A DNA stretch of 64,000 bases, from the IMG/VR virus record IMGVR_UViG_3300025769_000082; one strand, given 5' to 3'. Origin of the DNA: an uncultured virus (IMG/VR IMGVR_UViG_3300025769_000082) (lineage: Duplodnaviria > Heunggongvirae > Uroviricota > Caudoviricetes). Below the pieces are notes generated by a model. It did no database searches. It had not been told where the DNA came from and worked only from the letters and a program-made list of their open reading frames with translations. A program made the position numbers and the translations under genes. This document shows positions 18,101 through 27,509 of the stretch, one piece after another (the first letter of the stretch is position 1; the number at the start of each line of letters is the position of its first letter).

Positions 18101-21100
18101 TTAGTTAGCTAGATCAATGACTCGGAAGTCAGGGTTATCAATAACGAGGTTCCCATACCCCCGCTCAAAGGTAGAAATAAGTGTGGAGAAAGGTCGTAGC
18201 TTATTGGCTTGTTGAACGACCTCATCTACGGACGCTCGACCGGCACCTAGGCGAAAGACTTTCTCACCTAAGAGGGCTGTGTCAGCGGCTAGGCCACCAT
18301 TAACCCCGAGTGCTGTGGAGAACCAATGACCACTACGGCGGTACCTAGAAGCACCACCTAACTCAGCAGCTTGAGCGGCTGCGGATATAGGAGCCGACAG
18401 GTACGCCAAGAACCCTGAGCGGTCGAGGATTTCAAAGGCTGTGTCAGGAAGGTTCTCTTCCTCCCACATATCCGATACGTCCTCACCACGGAGCTTAGCT
18501 TTACCCATAGCAACAACAGAGCCCGCCACAAGAGTGAGCAACGCCGCTGAGGATGCCTGGACGTGTTGGCCCATAGCACCACCTTGGATCATTGGGGTGA
18601 TGAAGCGGTTCAACGTCGCAAAGCCGAACGTGTAAAACTGAAGTAGCGTCTTCATGAAGTCATTCGACATTAAGGTGGGCGTGTCCCCAATACCAGGGGT
18701 AACGATGGCACGGTTCATGTCGCGCTGAATAGCAATCTTGTAGACGTTAGCTAGTCGTACATCGAACTCACCGAAGTCAACATCTAGACGCCCGTTCTCA
18801 TCCAATCTGGAGAACTTCTTGAACTGGCCCGCTAGTTGCTCAGCTTCGGACTTACCGATACCTAAGGATGCTAATCGCGTCTTCTCGAAGTCCGTGAGCT
18901 TACTGTAGCCCATCGTCATTTCTCGAAGACGGTATGACATCTGAACGGCAACCGTTGTTTTCATAAAACGGTTCCAGAAAGGGAGTGCCCCCATGGTCGC
19001 TGAGGCCCCTGAGAGACGCTCACCAGCCCTGTCGATAGCATTCGTAATACGGTGCGTCATAGTCCCAGGGAGACCAATACCATACTGCTCAACCCGATAT
19101 AGGTCAGTGTCACCAAAGCGGCGACCGAGCATCATGGCGGAACTACCAGCCTCCAACGAATAGATGAAGGAGAGTAGTTCGTTGTGTTCTAGGTTACCCA
19201 TGGACTCCATGATCTCCTTCCCATGCTTAACAAACGCGGGTAGGATTTGATGGTGTAAGGCTACGGCCCCGACGTCCGTAAGGGACGTGAGACCGAAGCC
19301 AGAAGCAAACCGAATGACATTAGCTTGACGCATCTTCTTAGAGACCCAACGGAGAGCCGCCATACCGCCGTGACTATCCGCTTCGTACATACCGAGGAGT
19401 CGGTCCTTCATATGGTTTGTATCTTCAACCATTTGTTTAGACTCACTACGGTAACGATTAGCAAGCTTAGTGTCCCCTTTAGCTTCCGCTTCGTTGATTA
19501 GCGTACGGTAGTCATCTTCAATAGCGCCAATGACTGTCCGCTTGTTCATATCATTAGAGACTCCCCAGGCGTCGAACTCCAAACCCTTCTGTAGCCCAAA
19601 GACTTCACGAAGAGCGAGGTGACCCGAAAGCTGCTCGTACTGCGTGTTTAGAAGGTTAGGGAGGTCCCGTCGGAGGAATGATCGACCAAAGCCTCGGTCA
19701 GCTAAGGCCTCCTTACGGAGGGCGTCGTCGTTGATATGGATCACACGCTCTTTGAAGCGTCCTGTTTCCCCTACAACGTCATCAAGGACCGTACCCGTCG
19801 AAGGGACGTGCCGTCCTTTTGCCAACTGTCTGGCGATCTTCTCTACGATATCAGTGATACCGGGGAGCTTGTTGTGCTTCTTTAGCTCCCGCTTTATCCC
19901 ACGTACGGTCTTGGCGTTTTTGTTACGCTCTTTATTGTATGTACGTACAAGCTGCCGCTCTTGGAACTTTCGACCCTTGAGATACTCTTCTTGCATCTCC
20001 AAACGGCGAAGCTCGATCTGAACAGCCTCTAGCTTCCGTGCGAGACTCTGCTCCTCACGGATCAATGGGTTTAGACCAAACTGAGCTTCCTTAGCTGTGG
20101 CGTCTGCTGTAGCAGTTCCTATAGTCGTCGGAGTAGGCTCGGCGAGGTGACTTGCGGTCTTAGCCTCACCCAATGGAAGATCAAACGCAGTACTCTTCAC
20201 CTCACCACCTACGGGGATGAACTGCTGCTGACGGGCTAGGGTAGTCGTCCTAGCGGCCTCAGCGGCCTTGGCGAAGGCCCTAGCGTTCTTCTTAGCGACC
20301 TTAGTGGCCTCACGGGCTTTTCTATGACTAAGCGCTAACTCATCCCTCTTCTTGAGGGCTAGCTTGCGGGTAACCTTGACAGTTTCCCGGTCCACCAACT
20401 TAAGGGTGCGTAGGGTCTCACCAGCGGTTAGCTCGGACTGTTTTAGTTTCTCTTCAGCGCCCTTAAGCTCGTTCTCAAGCATTTCAGATTTCAGCCAGAA
20501 GCTGTCACCCGCATACTCGTCAGCTATCTCTCTATGGAGTTGAGGGTTAGTATCTGCAAGTTCATCGAACTCAGTCCGCGATAACTTCTTAGACTCTTCA
20601 AGCCATATATGGAACAGGTCGCTGTCGTGGTTGATAGCTACACGGTACAGGAAATTCTTAAACTCATCGAAATTCTCAGTGATCGTGTAGGGGTCCCAGG
20701 ACTGCATGACACCATAATCCCTACCAAGGGCTTTAGGCCTCGCCTGTTCTAATTCGATGTTTGGGTTAAGCTCAGACACCCGTTGGTCACGGGCTGCTCG
20801 AGCGTCAGCTATGATCTTATCTTGAGTCGCTTGTACAGTAGCAAAGTCATCAGAACCCCGCGCCGCCTTCTTAGCAGCGTTAGCAGTCTTTATGATGCTG
20901 TTGGTCTCAGCACGGATCATTGCACGGTCAGCAAGGAGCGAGGCTAAGTTATCTTCATCCCTGAGGACCCCAAGCTCCAACATCTTGGACTCGAAGAACT
21001 CATTAGCCTTGTGGATTTCCTCAGCGTACTGCTTTGAAGCAACCCTGATCTTTTCAAGCCCAGACTTCCCAAACGTCTCCGCGATACGCGCTTCTAGGGC

Positions 21101-22342
21101 GTCATCCACAATATCGTTGTGGAGAGAGCGGAGGGTCATTTCGTTGTAGGCGTTGGCAATCTCTCCGGACTTCTTAAATCCAGGTATACGACTGACACCT
21201 AGGTCTTTAACTAAGTTACGAAGGATACTTTCTCCAGTGACCTGAGCGGTCTTCCCTACGTTAGTGTAGAAGTCCCGAATGTCTTCAGCAGACAAGGTGG
21301 TAGCGTGACCAGCCCGATTAGCATTAGTAAAGATATGGGATGTATTGACCAACGCTGTGAATATCTTACGACCGACTTGACTAGCAGAGTTAAATGCACG
21401 ACCTGTCGGAGTCGCTTGGTTTATCTTCTGAGCAACAAAGTTATCACGCTCTCGGCCTCCTCCTCGAACCTTAACCTGATCAGGTCGCCCAAGGACACCA
21501 TCGGTGTTCTCTGCAGCGCTTACAGTACCAGGAGTCTGCTCGCCGCTGAAGGTCTCCGTACGGCCTTCACCAGGAGTGTAGACCGAAACGTCCTCATCTA
21601 TATTAGGGTGGAACGGGTTATCTGGGTTACTGGGATGGAGGGGATGCGTCGGGCTCCTTGCGAACGCAAAGGCCCCTAGACCGCCCGCAAGGACCGTGGA
21701 GGCCCCTATGTTCATGAAGGACTCTTCTAAGGTGCGGAGGTCTTGGAACTGGTGGAGAAGAGCCTCACTCACGCCTGTGAGGGCCGTGGTTTGCGTTAGG
21801 AAGCGCGTCAGCTTAACTGCGCGTGTAGCCTTACCAGCCACACCGACCACAGGGATATAGGTCGTGGGATCAAGTAAGGCTGTAGCGAAGGCACCAGTGA
21901 GTGACCCCGCGATGTTACCTTCCATTACGCGGAGAGCTTCACGCTCTTCCTCGATGGAGGTTACTCTAGCGTTGAACTGATCCTCATTGAACACGTCATC
22001 GAACAGACCGTCGTTGATGGCAAACGCCATATCCTGGGTCTTATCTTCGTCCCAATTTGATTGGATGTACTCAGCGACATTAAAGCCATCATCGATCACT
22101 TCAAAGTCTGGGTTATTCACGCGACGCTGAAGTGTAGCTTTTCCCGTACGGAGAGCTTCAATAGCGAAGTTCTCACGGACCGCCGCCGCTTGGAAGGCAT
22201 CGAAGAACGTCGGTGCTTCGTTCTCACTCAACGCGGCGAAACGAGAACGTCCCTCATTAGGGTCAAACGAGAAGGCCCCATTTACAGGAAGTTCCGTGCG
22301 GGGTGCCTCATCGACGAACAAGTCGTCGTTAGTCTCGGCCAT
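18101..22342 (-). CDS. Large internal virion protein (T7 gp16-like position)
   Basis: 1413 aa helical protein immediately upstream of tail fibre. Confidence 0.7.
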   Translation of the reverse strand: MAETNDDLFVDEAPRTELPVNGAFSFDPNEGRSRFAALSENEAPTFFDAFQAAAVRENFAIEALRTGKATLQRRVNNPDFEVIDDGFNVAEYIQSNWDEDKTQDMAFAINDGLFDDVFNEDQFNARVTSIEEEREALRVMEGNIAGSLTGAFATALLDPTTYIPVVGVAGKATRAVKLTRFLTQTTALTGVSEALLHQFQDLRTLEESFMNIGASTVLAGGLGAFAFARSPTHPLHPSNPDNPFHPNIDEDVSVYTPGEGRTETFSGEQTPGTVSAAENTDGVLGRPDQVKVRGGGRERDNFVAQKINQATPTGRAFNSASQVGRKIFTALVNTSHIFTNANRAGHATTLSAEDIRDFYTNVGKTAQVTGESILRNLVKDLGVSRIPGFKKSGEIANAYNEMTLRSLHNDIVDDALEARIAETFGKSGLEKIRVASKQYAEEIHKANEFFESKMLELGVLRDEDNLASLLADRAMIRAETNSIIKTANAAKKAARGSDDFATVQATQDKIIADARAARDQRVSELNPNIELEQARPKALGRDYGVMQSWDPYTITENFDEFKNFLYRVAINHDSDLFHIWLEESKKLSRTEFDELADTNPQLHREIADEYAGDSFWLKSEMLENELKGAEEKLKQSELTAGETLRTLKLVDRETVKVTRKLALKKRDELALSHRKAREATKVAKKNARAFAKAAEAARTTTLARQQQFIPVGGEVKSTAFDLPLGEAKTASHLAEPTPTTIGTATADATAKEAQFGLNPLIREEQSLARKLEAVQIELRRLEMQEEYLKGRKFQERQLVRTYNKERNKNAKTVRGIKRELKKHNKLPGITDIVEKIARQLAKGRHVPSTGTVLDDVVGETGRFKERVIHINDDALRKEALADRGFGRSFLRRDLPNLLNTQYEQLSGHLALREVFGLQKGLEFDAWGVSNDMNKRTVIGAIEDDYRTLINEAEAKGDTKLANRYRSESKQMVEDTNHMKDRLLGMYEADSHGGMAALRWVSKKMRQANVIRFASGFGLTSLTDVGAVALHHQILPAFVKHGKEIMESMGNLEHNELLSFIYSLEAGSSAMMLGRRFGDTDLYRVEQYGIGLPGTMTHRITNAIDRAGERLSGASATMGALPFWNRFMKTTVAVQMSYRLREMTMGYSKLTDFEKTRLASLGIGKSEAEQLAGQFKKFSRLDENGRLDVDFGEFDVRLANVYKIAIQRDMNRAIVTPGIGDTPTLMSNDFMKTLLQFYTFGFATLNRFITPMIQGGAMGQHVQASSAALLTLVAGSVVAMGKAKLRGEDVSDMWEEENLPDTAFEILDRSGFLAYLSAPISAAAQAAELGGASRYRRSGHWFSTALGVNGGLAADTALLGEKVFRLGAGRASVDEVVQQANKLRPFSTLISTFERGYGNLVIDNPDFRVIDLAN

Positions 22343-22508
22343 ACTTCACTTGTCTCCGTAGGTAGATAATGTAGACGAACATCATGATGGTTAGGACAGG
22401 CCAACCGTACACAAATATGTACACATTGGCCTCTTCATAGGTGGTCCCCGTCGATGCGGCGATCCACTTAAGTACACCCACGCAAATCCAGAAGACTGTG
22501 TCCGTCAT
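22329..22508 (-). CDS. Small membrane protein (59 aa)
   Basis: Read manually: MTDTVFWICVGVLKWIAASTGTTYEEANVYIFVYGWP... after GGAGG RBS. Confidence 0.55.
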   Translation of the reverse strand: MTDTVFWICVGVLKWIAASTGTTYEEANVYIFVYGWPVLTIMMFVYIIYLRRQVKYGRD

Positions 22509-22516
22509 AGTTCCTC

Positions 22517-24313
22517 CTAGGCGGCTGTGTCAGTGTCAAATCCAGTGTTGTCGTCAGTCGTCTCGGTCTCTTCTTGCTCACCCGTGATGGGTCCTAGATC
22601 GATCTCGAACTTTGCACCCGCACCTTCCTCCGTGGCACCAAACAACGCCCCAGCCCGACGGACTACGGCGTAAGGACCAACGGCACCTGAACTCGTCAGG
22701 ACCTGACCAGCAATCTCAGATATATGAGCCACCTTATCCAAAAACGTCGGGAACTTTTTTTGGAGCTTCTTAGCATCGTTGAAGTTATACACGTCGCGAA
22801 CTACAAGATGTCCGCGCTCATCTATGCGCCACGCAAAGTCACCTAGAGTAGCCTTCACCGAGAACTTAGAATCCCCGATCAGCTTAAAGGAAGAGGGATC
22901 GACGTCCTTGGTACCATTCGTGTAGTCCTTAGTGTAGGAGACACCCGCCCACTTGGTGGGACCAGCGGACACGTCAATACCCTGACGTTCCGCCGCACGA
23001 AACGCTACGTCCTTAATGTAAGTCTGTTCATTACTATTGAAGTAATCCGCGCCCCTCACATCGTCTAGGTCGAAGCCTAGAATGTGTGACATATAGCCAC
23101 GTATATGTGACGGAACTATGTCAGCGAGCAATGAGCCTTCAACCTTAGGCTCTTCGGACTCAGGAGCTTTAGGCTTCCTACGAGGAACTACGTCAGCGAG
23201 TGATGAGCCTTCAACCTTAAGCTCTTCGGACTCAGGAGCTTTAGGCTTCCTACGAGGTACCGGGAGACGGTACGCTTGCCGGTTAGTAGTCTCGGCCTCT
23301 AAAGATACCGAAAACTTATGAGAGAGTTTCTCGTCAGTGTACTCACGAGTAATGCTACCCATCGCTGGAACTTGCTCTGTGATCATATCGATCACTAAGC
23401 TCTGACCAACGTGAATCTTATCAGGGTTTTTGATATCGTTCAGATTAACCAGGTCTTCTACCGTCGTATTGAATTGCTGAGCAATCTTAGACAACGAGTC
23501 GCCGCGCTGGACTTCGTAATTCGAGAGCATGTCACTCCCAGTACCACCGACCAACACCTCATCACCAAAACGGTCATTGAAGGCGAGCTTAAACTCCTCG
23601 GTGTTACCAAAGAATTGCTGTGCTTCAATATCACGGCGGTTCTGAATACCTCTGTGATTTTCCTTATTAGATCGGTTTAGGATTTCCTCTGCTGCCAGCT
23701 TCGTCTCACCTTGTCGAACAAACTCAGTAAGACGTGGACCGATCAATGAGGGAGCGTTGTACGCGAGAGAAGTCAGGGCGATCATTTGGTGTTCAGGGAT
23801 GTACACGTCCTTACCGATCTTGTTCCTGACGATCTCTTCATACTCAGGGACGATGTTGTCAAACAATGCGCGGCTTTGAGTCGGCAACAGCCGATCCTTA
23901 CCCTCACGTATGTCATCGAAGTCCACACCAGGGAGAGAACGCTCCCAAAGCTCACGAGCCTCAGGAGAGTCCATATTGAAGCCTAGGCCTACCGTACGGT
24001 TGCCCTTATGGTCTTTATAGACTTCTAGGCGCTCACCCTCACGCTGCCGGATGAAATCATACAGGCGGTCACGATAGCGGTTACCGGGTTGGGCGTTTTT
24101 CCCATCCCGTGCGGAAGGACCATTCTCCATAATATGTTCCCTCTGAAGTGCTTGGAGTTTACTAAAAGCCCCAGAGAACGTCTTAGGAGCCCCACCGACG
24201 TGGCGGGTGATCCCCGCACTCGGGGAAATCCGTTCGTCCTCAGCAAGTCGGGAAACGGAGTCGTCATAGAAGTTCTGAACGAACTCCTCTTCCTTCACAG
24301 GATTCTTAATCAT
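22517..24313 (-). CDS. Virion-associated lysozyme with LysM domain
   Basis: REGERLEVYKDHKGNRTVGLGFN lysozyme motif; YEVQRGDSLSKIAQQFNTTVEDLVNLNDIKNPDKIHVGQSL LysM. Confidence 0.85.
   Translation of the reverse strand: MIKNPVKEEEFVQNFYDDSVSRLAEDERISPSAGITRHVGGAPKTFSGAFSKLQALQREHIMENGPSARDGKNAQPGNRYRDRLYDFIRQREGERLEVYKDHKGNRTVGLGFNMDSPEARELWERSLPGVDFDDIREGKDRLLPTQSRALFDNIVPEYEEIVRNKIGKDVYIPEHQMIALTSLAYNAPSLIGPRLTEFVRQGETKLAAEEILNRSNKENHRGIQNRRDIEAQQFFGNTEEFKLAFNDRFGDEVLVGGTGSDMLSNYEVQRGDSLSKIAQQFNTTVEDLVNLNDIKNPDKIHVGQSLVIDMITEQVPAMGSITREYTDEKLSHKFSVSLEAETTNRQAYRLPVPRRKPKAPESEELKVEGSSLADVVPRRKPKAPESEEPKVEGSLLADIVPSHIRGYMSHILGFDLDDVRGADYFNSNEQTYIKDVAFRAAERQGIDVSAGPTKWAGVSYTKDYTNGTKDVDPSSFKLIGDSKFSVKATLGDFAWRIDERGHLVVRDVYNFNDAKKLQKKFPTFLDKVAHISEIAGQVLTSSGAVGPYAVVRRAGALFGATEEGAGAKFEIDLGPITGEQEETETTDDNTGFDTDTAA
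23112..23257. repeat. Intragenic 72-bp tandem duplication
   Basis: Encodes VPRRKPKAPESEE(L/P)KVEGS(S/L)LAD twice. Confidence 0.85.
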
Positions 24314-24325
24314 CGTGTGTCCTTG

Positions 24326-26755
24326 TTATGGCGAATCAGCCCCACTGGCCTGTAACTGTTTAACTTCCTCGGAAACCTTATTGATCCTACGCTGTCTTTC
24401 GATAGCTTCGGCGTGACGCTTATCTAAGGCATCAAAGTCTACTTGTTCCTTGAGGTAGTCCGCGTTACGGAAGTCTAATATAAACTCATATGCTGGAGAG
24501 GGCGCCCCGTGATGTCTAATCTTAAAGAGAGCCCTTGCGCGGGGGGAAAGGGTCTTTTTGATCATCTCCGCATCGACGCCAGGGTTACCCGTAAGCTTCA
24601 CCATCTCGAATGCTGCTTCATTCACACCACCTAACGCGACCATTGATCCGGAACGCTTAGGGATACGGATTTCGGCGTCAGGACGGATAGCCACTGCTTG
24701 ACCGCTCACGTTGAGTTCGTGATAATTACCGCGCCAGTTCGTAGTGATATCGTCAACGTCGAGCCCTGGGAATACCTCCGCTAGCTCATCTAAAGCTAGG
24801 TTAAACTCTTCCATAGTATTAACAGTCTGACCATTGAATACTACAGCCTCCCCTAGCCGGTTGAGCCCCATACCGTCAGAAGCAAGGGTAGCAAAAGGCT
24901 TACCATCTCGGACTTGAATAGAGATATCGGTACCGAGTAGGGCTCCTTTAACTCTAGCGTCTACGACATCGCGCCACTTGTCTGGATTGCTCTGCATGTA
25001 GATTGATCTAAGGGTTGCGGTTCTCATAGCTTCACGGACTTCGTTGGACACTTCCATGTCACCGAACGCCCGGTCAATACGAGCATTGAGTTGTTCATCA
25101 GCACTCTTAGTAGGCGTCGGTGGGATGATATCCTTAGCTTTAATGTTAAAGGACTTATCGCCGCGACTAGCCACAAACGATTCAGTGAGCTTAATCACCT
25201 CATTGAGCGGGGAATCAGACGTACTGACCTCGGTGTGGATGACTTCGTAGATTTCCATCGTACGGGAACTGAAGTGACGGTATGCGGCTTGTGGTCCCGC
25301 TTTATCAATCAATGCACGAATACCTTGGTACGTTGCATTAACCTTGTTGGGATCATCGAACCGCGTAATGGCAGCTTCAGTCTCGGCCTGAAGAGCAGGT
25401 GGATACGTGTCCATCTGCGTGATCAGGTCCACCACCTTACCTTGAGTCGCTGGGTCACTGAGGCTAGCTACTTGAGTCTCTACTGTGGGATCATCAGCTT
25501 CGTCCCCAGGGACACCGGGGAGTACCATAGGTGTCCGTAAAGCCTCTACAAACCCACGATTGATGGCAGTACGTTCCTTGTCAGACTTGGCGTCATGTAT
25601 GGTTTTACCGTTCTCGAGAGCTATCCTGAACGTATTGAGGTCGCTCTGTTTACCGGTCAGCCCTTTGATCTGGTTGTTTAGGTTCTGCTTGAGACCGAGA
25701 GCGGTTACCTCGACAGCATACATATCTTCAAAGTCCGCAATACTCTGCGCTACAAACATCGCGTCTTCCATGGATCGTATAGAACTTATAGACTCTGAAA
25801 TATTAGCGGAGATACGACGCTCTTCTTCAGTGTTCGCCAGGAGGAGGTTATTCGTCAGTTTATCGTTGAGCTTCTCTGCTTCCTGACTAAATGAAGTAAG
25901 GAAAGAACTATTCTCATCGCTACCCGAACCCGCCGAGGCCATGATTCTCTTGAGGGCGTTGATCTCGTCCTTACTCTCCGCAGTAGCAACAAGAGTTCTA
26001 AAAAGCGAGAGCTTACCACTACCCGCTGTTGGGGTAGTTGACGACGTGTTGAGGACCTTAGCGTAGAAGCCTGTCGTATTCGTTAAGGCTGTGGCACCTT
26101 GGTTGAAGGACTCGACATTATAGGTCGCAGGGTCCCGCTTGAAAGTTTGTACAGCGTTATTCGTAACCCTACCGATCTTATCAGTAGTCTCTCGAAGAGT
26201 GTTCGCTTGCTCGAACTGACGGATCGTCGGATCAGCTTGCTTCAGGAACATACGCTCAGCGGCTTGTTGTGCAACTGAGGACTCTAGGGGATCCTTGAAC
26301 GCTTCCTTACGGAACGTCTGGTAGAAACTATGAGGGTCCGTACCGGGCGGCTGTTTGGACAACGCCTTAGTGAAGTCCGTTGCGACCTCTTGACCGAGCT
26401 TGATGCCGATCTGTGTATCAAAGGACTCTATATACGCATCACTGCTTACATGGTCCGGGTTTACGATACCGTTCCGACCATCTTGCTCCCCTTGTCGGAT
26501 AGCTTCTTCTACACGCTTCTTTCTGTCTTGCTCATTCACCGCCATTAACGTGTTAGCAGCGGAGCCGAAGAACTTACCGAAGTTCGTGTCTAGCTGTTCC
26601 ATAGGACTTAACATCTGGCGGGCCAGGGAAGCGGTACGAGTTACCGGTGCTGCTGTGTTAGGGATCGAAGCTGTGGGCGCACGACGTTCCGTGGTGCCTA
26701 CAGAGGGACCTTGGGATACCCCCTCGGACCTATTAATATTAGTACGTCGGGCCAT
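24326..26755 (-). CDS. Internal virion protein (gp15-like position)
   Basis: 809 aa in ejection module; synteny only. Confidence 0.6.
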   Translation of the reverse strand: MARRTNINRSEGVSQGPSVGTTERRAPTASIPNTAAPVTRTASLARQMLSPMEQLDTNFGKFFGSAANTLMAVNEQDRKKRVEEAIRQGEQDGRNGIVNPDHVSSDAYIESFDTQIGIKLGQEVATDFTKALSKQPPGTDPHSFYQTFRKEAFKDPLESSVAQQAAERMFLKQADPTIRQFEQANTLRETTDKIGRVTNNAVQTFKRDPATYNVESFNQGATALTNTTGFYAKVLNTSSTTPTAGSGKLSLFRTLVATAESKDEINALKRIMASAGSGSDENSSFLTSFSQEAEKLNDKLTNNLLLANTEEERRISANISESISSIRSMEDAMFVAQSIADFEDMYAVEVTALGLKQNLNNQIKGLTGKQSDLNTFRIALENGKTIHDAKSDKERTAINRGFVEALRTPMVLPGVPGDEADDPTVETQVASLSDPATQGKVVDLITQMDTYPPALQAETEAAITRFDDPNKVNATYQGIRALIDKAGPQAAYRHFSSRTMEIYEVIHTEVSTSDSPLNEVIKLTESFVASRGDKSFNIKAKDIIPPTPTKSADEQLNARIDRAFGDMEVSNEVREAMRTATLRSIYMQSNPDKWRDVVDARVKGALLGTDISIQVRDGKPFATLASDGMGLNRLGEAVVFNGQTVNTMEEFNLALDELAEVFPGLDVDDITTNWRGNYHELNVSGQAVAIRPDAEIRIPKRSGSMVALGGVNEAAFEMVKLTGNPGVDAEMIKKTLSPRARALFKIRHHGAPSPAYEFILDFRNADYLKEQVDFDALDKRHAEAIERQRRINKVSEEVKQLQASGADSP

Positions 26756-26822
26756 TAGGGCTCCTTAATGTTTAGACTTCATCGGTCAAGTTCTAGTCGA
26801 AGCTATCTTTCGGCTGGGCGAC

Positions 26823-27509
26823 CTAGCCCTTCGATATACCTTGGTCTTTCCTATAATCAGCGCCAATCTTCAGGGAACTATCAACGAACCCTATGGCCGC
26901 GTTGGTCCTTTTACTCGAGGCTCTGATCGCCGCATTATGCTGCAATTGATCTGCCGCTAAGCTGGTAGACCGAGTACGTTGGAAACTACTTAAGGTGTCA
27001 CTTGAGTACCTAGAGTCTGCCGCTGTGATACGGTTGAACTGATTTGTATTAACCACGCCGCGTCGGGCCCTCTCTAATTTCATATCTCGGACACGTTGTA
27101 TCTGAATAGAGTTGAGGTCAGACCCAATGTTGTACCCAGTCTGAACAACGAGTCCCGTGGCTACTGCGGTTGATAGGTTCTCTGAAGCTGCCCTTAAGTT
27201 CCCCAACTCTTGGTTCGCCTGTCGGACACGTTCACTAGAGGCTCGTACAGCGTCTTCCTCAATCTGTGCTTCAGTCTCAAGGATACTTTCGGTAGCGAGC
27301 GCTGCTTCCTTATTTGCAGCAGCGATCTCAGACTCACGGAACCGTGCGGCTTGGGCATCATCCTCGGCCCGCTCCTGGGCAGCAAGCTTACGCGCTTGTT
27401 CAGCTTGCTGGTTTGCAGCGTCCTGAGAGGCGTTAGCTTGGGCGATTGACGTGAAAGTACCTAACGCGGCTGATCCGATAGCCATTATAGCTAGTGTTTC
27501 TGTACCCAT
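26823..27509 (-). CDS. Internal virion protein (gp14-like)
   Basis: Hydrophobic N-terminus then Ala/Gln coiled coil; follows tail tubular B. Confidence 0.6.
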   Translation of the reverse strand: MGTETLAIMAIGSAALGTFTSIAQANASQDAANQQAEQARKLAAQERAEDDAQAARFRESEIAAANKEAALATESILETEAQIEEDAVRASSERVRQANQELGNLRAASENLSTAVATGLVVQTGYNIGSDLNSIQIQRVRDMKLERARRGVVNTNQFNRITAADSRYSSDTLSSFQRTRSTSLAADQLQHNAAIRASSKRTNAAIGFVDSSLKIGADYRKDQGISKG

